A stretch of DNA of 64,000 nucleotides, taken from positions 1 through 64,000 of IMG/VR virus record IMGVR_UViG_3300042484_000873; one strand, 5' to 3'. The DNA comes from a virus. Made by a program: the position numbers and the translations under genes. The notes under the pieces are model-generated. The model was not told where the DNA came from, searched no databases, and saw only the letters and a list, made by a program, of their open reading frames with translations. Shown in pieces: positions 1-6,950 of this stretch (its first letter is position 1; each line of letters begins with the position of its first letter).

Positions 1-210
1 GGCTGTAGTGAAGTCTGTCAATGCTCTTTCAATTGACGCTTCGGTAACGCACATTCTGTATCATCAAGACAAAGTAGATACAGACTTGTTGAAGGTTCGC
101 TTTTGTCGATTGCCTTCTCGGTATTCCCATAGTTATTGCTAACTATGCTTACTCCAGATCCATCAGCTATCTTTCAAGCATCTTCAAGGAGGTCTGACAA
201 ACTCAGACAA
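1..210 (-). ncRNA. Candidate structured non-coding RNA, truncated at the window edge
   Basis: No ORF of 60 aa or more. Stems: 128-135/140-147 (8 bp, GCAA GNRA loop on the minus strand), 192-197/203-208, 55-62/77-84, 17-22/32-37, 91-95/113-117. Family not recognised. Confidence 0.45.
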
Positions 211-227
211 CAAATTTTTACTATATA

Positions 228-788
228 TTAGGTATTGATTGTGAGGATATTATTTGGTTTTGACGTTGTGTCTGTTGATATTGAATATGTTTTCAGTAGT
301 TCCGTGTTCAGAGCAAAGAATGAATCGAATTCAAAGATTGTCCAATCACCGTGTTTTTTAGAGGTATAATACACGAAATTATCACTAACCCATGTTAGTT
401 TGCTTTGTACAGCAACATAACGACCCTTACGATTAAACTTCATAAACAGAAGATTAACATCGTGTGGATCAGCTACGTCCATGAGTTGATCTAGCCAAGC
501 GTCTATTACTTTACAATCCCCTGTAAGTAACAGATGAAACGGAAAATCAGCATAAAATTTGCACTCTATATTCATTCGTTTGAATGATTGACCGGGTACA
601 ACATCGCCCTTAAAAGAACGAATTTGACCCTCATGCAAGACTTCTTTGCGTATTTGATTTTTACCGCCCACATAAGCACCAGAGCCCGGAGCACGGATGA
701 ATGATTCACCGTACTTCTCTGATAGATATTTAGCGACTTCTCGCTCAAAACCGGAGCCTTTAGCTTTTTGTGGACTTGTCATAGACAT
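228..788 (-). CDS. Holliday junction resolvase, PD-(D/E)xK (Hjc-like) family; the second ATG at 782 may be the true start
   Basis: KAKGSGFEREVA, RAPGSGA, GD and IECK motifs; next to gp46/gp47. Confidence 0.8.
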   Translation of the reverse strand: MSMTSPQKAKGSGFEREVAKYLSEKYGESFIRAPGSGAYVGGKNQIRKEVLHEGQIRSFKGDVVPGQSFKRMNIECKFYADFPFHLLLTGDCKVIDAWLDQLMDVADPHDVNLLFMKFNRKGRYVAVQSKLTWVSDNFVYYTSKKHGDWTIFEFDSFFALNTELLKTYSISTDTTSKPNNILTINT

Positions 789-789
789 A

Positions 790-796
790 TACTTAT
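790..796 (-). promoter_or_regulatory. Putative late promoter ATAAGTA
   Basis: Matches the motif recurring upstream of structural genes; 7 nt before the ATG at 782. Confidence 0.45.
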
Positions 797-819
797 CATG
801 TATTATTGCAACCTATAAT

Positions 820-2892
820 TTATTCTACGTCTACCGCAGTATTATAGCTTGTAAAGCCGTTTTCTTTCACAACCTTAAGAACATTTGGTACACGACCTGC
901 TAGTTCTTCACGGTGTGAAACAAGCCAAATAGATTTTTGTCGTCTACGTGACATGTCTTTGAGAATCGCTAAACTGTTCTCAACACCCATAGTGTCAAGA
1001 CCCGAGTCAATCAATTCATCAATGAACAATGTGTTGATTGGACTGTATAATGATTCCCAAACATCACGGAAAGCAAAACTCAAGCCAAGAATCAATCGAT
1101 TGCGTTCACCTCGACTCAAGTTATCAAAGTCAAGTTCACGACCTAATTCTGTAATCTCAACTTGTAAATCATTCTTAAAGATAACTTGATGAGGTAGACC
1201 GATCTTGTCTAAATAATGTGTCAGTCTTGCGTTTAGATAACTCAAGTTCTGGTCAATAATCTTCTTACGAACAAAACTATCTTTGCTAGTTAACAAATCT
1301 AACAAGAACTTTTGATGTTCCATTGTTCGTGTTAACACATTGATAGCTTCAAAATCAATTGCTTGAAGTGCTTGTGTTTCCATCTCAACAACTTGTTCAC
1401 TATATGGATCAGTTTCTTGTGACTTGTTATCAATTTGATTTAGAATGTTAGCAACCTCACTTGAATGTTTAATTGCCTCTGCCTCAGTGTCATAATGCGT
1501 AATAGGTTGAGGAGCTAGAACAATTGCGGACAACTCACTTAATTGTTCACTAAATGGATTAGACTCTTGTTTTTTAGTTTCCCAAACATTCTTTAAGTTA
1601 ATTACATCACCGCTGTGACGAATAGCTTCTGCTTCTGTTTTGTATTTTGGAGTAGGCTTAGTGCCTAATTCAATAACCAATGACTGATTGATTGACAATT
1701 TACTCTCAAGTTCAATCAACTCAGCTTTTGTATTTTCAAGTACAGTAGTCTTTTCTAATGTGACCTCTAAATGTTTATCGTCATGGAAGTCTTGACCACA
1801 GGCATAACACTTATGATCCTCAAGTTCTTTAACTTCCCGAACCAATTTATCAATTAATTTTTTTTCTTTTGTAATACTTTTGGTTAGGGTATCAATTATC
1901 GTTGCTATAGATTTTTGTTCAGCAGAATCGTGTAGCCAATCTTTTAAGTCAGTCCATGCTTTAAGTTCAGCTTCAATGTCATACTCATTTTTAAGCAAAT
2001 AGGCTTTGTGTGCGATTGAAACATCGGTATCGTGTTTTTGTTGCCAAGCAGTAGAACGTGCAACTAATGCATTGTACGTATCCTGTGCTTCTTTTTGTTT
2101 TGTCCAAACATTTAAGTCTTTGTGTGCTTGTAGCTCTACTTCGATATTGATTTTACTTAATTCATCATATTGAAGGGCTAAACTAGTTAAATCATCATCA
2201 TGCTTCTTTAGCCACAATGTTTGTCTGCGCTTCAGTGCATCAATTTGTTCCTTGACACGCTTGTTAGCTTCTTCAATGGCTTTAACACGGAATTCTTCAC
2301 TTTGAATATCATCTTTGCTTTTACGAATCATTTCTTTAATGACTTCAGCCTTTTCAGATAGTAACGTGATACCCATTAACTGTTCAATAATATCTTTTTG
2401 TTCGTTATTCTTTAACGCAAGGAATGGTTCACTGTATGTATTCAATACAACAATGTGACGGAACATGTCGGCTGACATATTAATAACTTTTTCAATTGCA
2501 GCCTGTGTTTCTTTGTTCTCACCTTGCTGATCCTCAGAAGCTTTATCCTGAATATCATTAACATAGAATTTCAGCACATTGGGTTTACGACCACGTTCAA
2601 TCTTATAGTTAGTACCATTGACATTGAAAGTCAATGTAACCATCATGGCTTTACCATTTGTACGATTAACTAAATTATCTTTACGAATGTTATTAATGGG
2701 TGTACCAAACAATGCGTAGGAAAGACCTTGAATCAGTGTTGTCTTACCTGTGCCATTACGAGCACCGTCACCGCCTAAGTCTAAGTTCTCACCTAGAATA
2801 AGTGTTAAGTCTTTTTTGTCAAAGTCTACTGCTTGCGTTACTGCACCGATAGATAAAAAATTTCGTAATGTAATGTCTTGTAATGTAATCAT
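820..2892 (-). CDS. Rad50/SbcC-like recombination ATPase (T4 gp46-like)
   Basis: Walker A NGTGKTT, zinc hook CYACGQ, signature LSRGE, Walker B LFIDE, H-loop VSH, long coiled coils. Confidence 0.95.
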   Translation of the reverse strand: MITLQDITLRNFLSIGAVTQAVDFDKKDLTLILGENLDLGGDGARNGTGKTTLIQGLSYALFGTPINNIRKDNLVNRTNGKAMMVTLTFNVNGTNYKIERGRKPNVLKFYVNDIQDKASEDQQGENKETQAAIEKVINMSADMFRHIVVLNTYSEPFLALKNNEQKDIIEQLMGITLLSEKAEVIKEMIRKSKDDIQSEEFRVKAIEEANKRVKEQIDALKRRQTLWLKKHDDDLTSLALQYDELSKINIEVELQAHKDLNVWTKQKEAQDTYNALVARSTAWQQKHDTDVSIAHKAYLLKNEYDIEAELKAWTDLKDWLHDSAEQKSIATIIDTLTKSITKEKKLIDKLVREVKELEDHKCYACGQDFHDDKHLEVTLEKTTVLENTKAELIELESKLSINQSLVIELGTKPTPKYKTEAEAIRHSGDVINLKNVWETKKQESNPFSEQLSELSAIVLAPQPITHYDTEAEAIKHSSEVANILNQIDNKSQETDPYSEQVVEMETQALQAIDFEAINVLTRTMEHQKFLLDLLTSKDSFVRKKIIDQNLSYLNARLTHYLDKIGLPHQVIFKNDLQVEITELGRELDFDNLSRGERNRLILGLSFAFRDVWESLYSPINTLFIDELIDSGLDTMGVENSLAILKDMSRRRQKSIWLVSHREELAGRVPNVLKVVKENGFTSYNTAVDVE

Positions 2893-3905
2893 AGGTTATT
2901 GTAAATGTCCAAAAGAATCTTCTTATCAAAATTATTTGATTCAATGCTATTAATTTGGTCAATAATAATTTGGTCTACACTTTCAAACTTAAGTCCGTCA
3001 GCAGTTTGACCGTTCTCATTTGTTTCTACTTTCATAGGTATCAATGCCATCTCTCTTAGTTTATGCTCTGGTATCCAAGTTTCACGTAAGAAGTTGGCTT
3101 CTTCATATGAGATTTCAATGTCAAGATGTACTCGTACATGGCTATCAATTAATAGCAAGCCTTCAGGGTTTTCTAAGATATCACTTAGTTTATGTACACG
3201 GAACACGGGTTGTCTAGGCCAAGTATGAAAGACGGGCTCAGTTCCCCATTCCAATATCATCATGCCACGTGCGTCATCGCCTGCGTCAGCATAGTTATGA
3301 GGGAAAGCATTACCGATGTACCAAATGTTCTTACGTGCCTGTCGTTTATGAAAATGACCACTGAATACTTTTTCAAATCCAGTCATATGGTCTTCATTAA
3401 TCTCACCATGATCGGGCATCTCTACCATTGCGTTCATATAGAATCTTGGAAGTTCTAAGTGACCAAACATATATTTGCCACCCATCTTTTGTAATTTCTT
3501 GTAATCATCATGCACAAGCCAAGGTGCAATAACTACATCTCCTTGTTGGAAGAAGTTGTTGATGATTTGTACGTTTGGTAGATGTTTAGCCCACTCAACG
3601 CTATGAATGTCCCTACGGTCACGATAATAAAGATCGTGATTGCCTGGTATAAAATATACAGTATCAAAGTTAGCACTTAGTTTCTCCAATGCTTGTAATC
3701 CAAATTGTAATGTATGAATGTTGATGCTTGCTCTATGATGATTATAATCACCTAAGAAGAAACAAGTCTCACATCCCTCACTCTTTGCTTTCTTAATGAA
3801 CCAATCTACGAAATCAGAACAGTCTTGGTTGTGTTGTAAGCTGTTACTCTTCAATCCAAAATGAATGTCAGTGAACACAGCGGCTTTTTTAAAAAGGTTA
3901 CTCAT
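2889..3905 (-). CDS. Mre11/SbcD-like recombination nuclease (T4 gp47-like)
   Basis: Metallophosphoesterase motifs DIHFG, GD, GNHD, GHL, SGHFH; overlaps the gp46 start. Confidence 0.95.
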   Translation of the reverse strand: MSNLFKKAAVFTDIHFGLKSNSLQHNQDCSDFVDWFIKKAKSEGCETCFFLGDYNHHRASINIHTLQFGLQALEKLSANFDTVYFIPGNHDLYYRDRRDIHSVEWAKHLPNVQIINNFFQQGDVVIAPWLVHDDYKKLQKMGGKYMFGHLELPRFYMNAMVEMPDHGEINEDHMTGFEKVFSGHFHKRQARKNIWYIGNAFPHNYADAGDDARGMMILEWGTEPVFHTWPRQPVFRVHKLSDILENPEGLLLIDSHVRVHLDIEISYEEANFLRETWIPEHKLREMALIPMKVETNENGQTADGLKFESVDQIIIDQINSIESNNFDKKILLDIYNNL

Positions 3906-3921
3906 TTATCTATTATATAAT

Positions 3922-3948
3922 AAAGCCGTTACATATAGCAACGGCTTT
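3922..3948 (-). terminator. Hairpin (possible terminator) overlapping a sigma70-like promoter for gp47
   Basis: Minus strand AAAGCCGTTGC-TATAT-GTAACGGCTTT just after the gp55 stop; TTGCTA (3941-3936)-N18-TATAAT (3917-3912). Confidence 0.55.
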
Positions 3949-3955
3949 GGTTAAA

Positions 3956-4864
3956 TTATTCTTCGTACACCGTTGACACTGTGCCACCGGATCCTTGTCG
4001 TGACCAACTAGGGTTTAGACCATTCATTTCTAAAATGTCATCTCTAATGTTTTGATTACGCTTTTCGGTATTCAACACACGACAGAAACTATTAGTAATA
4101 GCGGCAGTGTAATAAGCGAATGGGTTAGCACTTTTAGCCTCATTGAAACGTAGACCAACATAAGTTAGTTGTAAGATGGCACTGTTACGCATCTCATCGT
4201 TGTATGTGTACCCACGCCAATTATATTTCATTGCGTATTTTTCGCACATCATAATGTACATACGGGCTAATTTGTTAGTAACTTGCCCGTGATCCTTACT
4301 GAATTCACCTGTCTCTAAATCACCTTTCCAATGACTCTTGCCTACGCAATAGAATGTATTGTTACTGTCAATTTTGTAATGTTGGAATGGGGGGAAGTTA
4401 ACTTTGACATGCACCATGTCGTCAACTTCAGCTTTTGTTGTAGTATCTTCTAAGTCAGCAAAAATCGCATCTGGATCGACCTCTTCAAATTCAAAGATAT
4501 CTTTAGCTGTTTTCTTTTTAACTGTCTTACGGGGCTGTTTTGGAGCAACCGGAACGTGATCCCAATTCATTACACGAAACACTAAATCTTTTATTTCAAT
4601 TGAATCGGGACTAACTGCATCTTTGGAACCCTGTTCTAAACTAAGACGTAAAGCACGTGTTTCTTTTGCCTGTTGAATTGTTTCTGGCTTGAAAGCATAC
4701 TCTAAACTATCTTGAATACTTGACTGTGGCATATCTACGATGTAGTCATATATATGATAACTTGGATTTACAAAGTAGCAATATGAATTCTTGCTCTCAT
4801 GTATTTCTTTTAAAATATCTTTATTATTTAGGTAATTGACAGGTTTTCTTGATGGTAGGGACAT
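3956..4864 (-). CDS. Late-transcription sigma factor (T4 gp55-like) with a large internal insertion
   Basis: N-terminal NYLNNKD; C-terminal NWRGYTYNDEM and NPFAYYT motifs; next to gp46/47 as in T4-like phages. Confidence 0.9.
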   Translation of the reverse strand: MSLPSRKPVNYLNNKDILKEIHESKNSYCYFVNPSYHIYDYIVDMPQSSIQDSLEYAFKPETIQQAKETRALRLSLEQGSKDAVSPDSIEIKDLVFRVMNWDHVPVAPKQPRKTVKKKTAKDIFEFEEVDPDAIFADLEDTTTKAEVDDMVHVKVNFPPFQHYKIDSNNTFYCVGKSHWKGDLETGEFSKDHGQVTNKLARMYIMMCEKYAMKYNWRGYTYNDEMRNSAILQLTYVGLRFNEAKSANPFAYYTAAITNSFCRVLNTEKRNQNIRDDILEMNGLNPSWSRQGSGGTVSTVYEE

Positions 4865-4889
4865 AATTCTCCGTTATTGTGTTGATGTA

Positions 4890-4918
4890 AGTATAGCATG
4901 ATTGTTGCAGAATAGCAA
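4890..4918 (-). promoter_or_regulatory. sigma70-like promoter for gp55
   Basis: TTGCTA-N17-TATACT with an extended -10 TG; GGAG RBS downstream before the ATG at 4864. Confidence 0.65.
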
Positions 4919-4955
4919 CTGTTTTGTGAGAGAAAGGGTAAAAATAGCTCTTTTT

Positions 4956-4969
4956 TATTTAGCTAAATA
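4956..4969. promoter_or_regulatory. Palindromic, back-to-back late promoter TATTTAGCTAAATA
   Basis: Perfect 14-bp palindrome giving CTAAATA on both strands in the divergent intergenic region. Confidence 0.55.
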
Positions 4970-4991
4970 TAAGTAAGGATAACAACATATT

Positions 4992-6638
4992 ATGGCAACG
5001 TGGACACCTACCGATCTGACTAACCCCGAGTTTGTAAGAACTAAGCTAACACCATTGGATAGAGCCAATGCGTTGCAAACTATGAGGACTAACCTCACAG
5101 GCATTCAATCGGCTCTGGGAAGAAATCGGACGGCATTGGCAGCGGCTGAAGAATTAACTAACGGTCCACTATCATTCGGAACAGTGAGAGATGCCCGTCG
5201 AGCCGCACAAGATGCTCAGGCGGCGGGCGCCGCAAATGCAGCCGAACTTCAAGTAAAATTTGAAGAATTACAAGCACAACGATCAATTCAATCAGCCAAC
5301 GCAGACAAATATCGTGCCCTTGTTCAACAAGGTGAAGAAGCAATAAGAACAGCGGAAATAGCAATTGCTACTCTTGAGGCTGCAGGGGCAGTGCCGCCCG
5401 GGACAAATCAAATCACCCCTCCGGAAGGTTACACAGAACCCATAAATCCACCGCAAGAAGTTCAACCTGATCAAAATCCAAATGCAGATCCTAATTTAGC
5501 TCCTGAGACAACTCCGGGGACAGAAGTTCAAAATCCATTCCCTCCGATATCAGTTGATCCAAATACTGATCCTAACACAAACGTTGCAGGTGAAATCGGA
5601 CAAGATATAACACCTCCGATAACTCAACCAACTATAGACCCAAATACTGATCCTAACACAAACGTTGCAGGTGAAATCGGACAAGATATAACACCTCCAC
5701 TAACAAAACCAGAAACTACCGCAGGATATCAAACAGACACTGGGGATGGTGGGGATGGTGGCACAGGTTCTGCTTCTTCTGCTGCCGGCGGTACTGACAG
5801 GGGCGGAGCCTCAGGTGCATTAAATGAAACTCGCGGAGATGCTGTAAAAAAAGATGCAGAAAGTTTTGAAAAAGCAAAAGATTGGCGTGTTCGGTTGAGT
5901 CTAGCACCAAGCGCAAAGTATTTGTATAAAAACAAGGGTAATGAAGGCATACTAGGGCCATTGGCAGCAACAAACGGTGTTATATTTCCGTATACTCCTA
6001 CTATAAGTGTAGTGTACGCAGCCAGTTATGATGCATCTGAATTAGTGCATAGCAATTATAAGATTTATAATTATAAGAGTAGTAATGTTGATACGGTAAC
6101 TATTACCGGTGACTTTACTGCACAAGACACAAATGAAGCTAACTACTTATTAGCTGTAATTCATTTCTTCAAATCTGTGACAAAAATGTTTTATGGACAA
6201 GATCAAAATCCAAGAAACGGTACTCCTCCGCCATTAGTTTATATGAGTGGAATGGGAACATTTCAATTTGATAACCATCCATTAGCAGTAACAAACTTTA
6301 CATACAGCTTGCCAAATGAAGTAGATTATATTCGTGCAGGCAGTGCAACAACCGAACCCGGAAGTTCTACTGCTGGTCAAGTACCAGTAAATAACACAGA
6401 TAGTGCATCGGAGGCAAGAATTCAGGCATCTGGATTGGGACCCAAAACTCCTAACTTTCAACGAGCACAAGCAACAATTAACAGTAACGCAACATATGTA
6501 CCTACAAAAATGCAAATAGTAATAACATGTATACCAATTGTCACTCGCAATGACATTAGTAATAACTTCAGTCTCAGAGATTATGCAACTGGTGCATTGT
6601 TGCAAGGTAGTAAACGCAACGGCGGAGGTATTTGGTAA
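4992..6638 (+). CDS. Baseplate/tail-tube initiator-like structural protein with a Pro/Asn/Thr-rich linker
   Basis: C-terminal DWRVRL...GVIFPYTP...HSNY...GDFTAQ...GTPPP domain typical of contractile-tail tube-cap/initiator proteins; first gene of the baseplate block. Confidence 0.6.
   Translation: MATWTPTDLTNPEFVRTKLTPLDRANALQTMRTNLTGIQSALGRNRTALAAAEELTNGPLSFGTVRDARRAAQDAQAAGAANAAELQVKFEELQAQRSIQSANADKYRALVQQGEEAIRTAEIAIATLEAAGAVPPGTNQITPPEGYTEPINPPQEVQPDQNPNADPNLAPETTPGTEVQNPFPPISVDPNTDPNTNVAGEIGQDITPPITQPTIDPNTDPNTNVAGEIGQDITPPLTKPETTAGYQTDTGDGGDGGTGSASSAAGGTDRGGASGALNETRGDAVKKDAESFEKAKDWRVRLSLAPSAKYLYKNKGNEGILGPLAATNGVIFPYTPTISVVYAASYDASELVHSNYKIYNYKSSNVDTVTITGDFTAQDTNEANYLLAVIHFFKSVTKMFYGQDQNPRNGTPPPLVYMSGMGTFQFDNHPLAVTNFTYSLPNEVDYIRAGSATTEPGSSTAGQVPVNNTDSASEARIQASGLGPKTPNFQRAQATINSNATYVPTKMQIVITCIPIVTRNDISNNFSLRDYATGALLQGSKRNGGGIW
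5559..5698 (+). repeat. In-frame tandem duplication (59 nt identical, period 81 nt)
   Basis: 5559-5617 equals 5640-5698; encodes PNTDPNTNVAGEIGQDITP twice. Confidence 0.95.
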
Positions 6639-6949
6639 TGGCACTTAATAGTTTATATCCAGCAACAAGCCCGTACTATACAACGGGTGTAGTTAATAAC
6701 AAATTTCTAGATGTGATGGTAGATAGACCTATCCCTAAATTAGCTAGTGATAGATACTGGACTATCACATCACAATATAATCTGCGCCCCGATTTGTTAG
6801 CGTATGACCAATATGCTAATCCTAAACTATGGTGGGTGTTTGCTAGTAGAAATCCAAACACATTACAAGACCCTTTCTTTGATTTCACTACTGGTACATC
6901 AATATATCTTCCAGAGAATTCTACTTTAATTTCAGTGTTGGGATTATAA
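6638..6949 (+). CDS. Baseplate wedge protein (gp53/LysM-like)
   Basis: RPDLLAYDQY...LWWVFA..N motif; TAATG coupling with the upstream gene. Confidence 0.8.
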   Translation: MALNSLYPATSPYYTTGVVNNKFLDVMVDRPIPKLASDRYWTITSQYNLRPDLLAYDQYANPKLWWVFASRNPNTLQDPFFDFTTGTSIYLPENSTLISVLGL

Positions 6950-6950
6950 A

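Noticed and set aside
1-210. tRNA, RNase P or group I intron identity for the left-end structured region
   Set aside because: No cloverleaf/T-loop, GAGGAAAGTCC or recognisable P7 core seen; kept only as an unclassified candidate.
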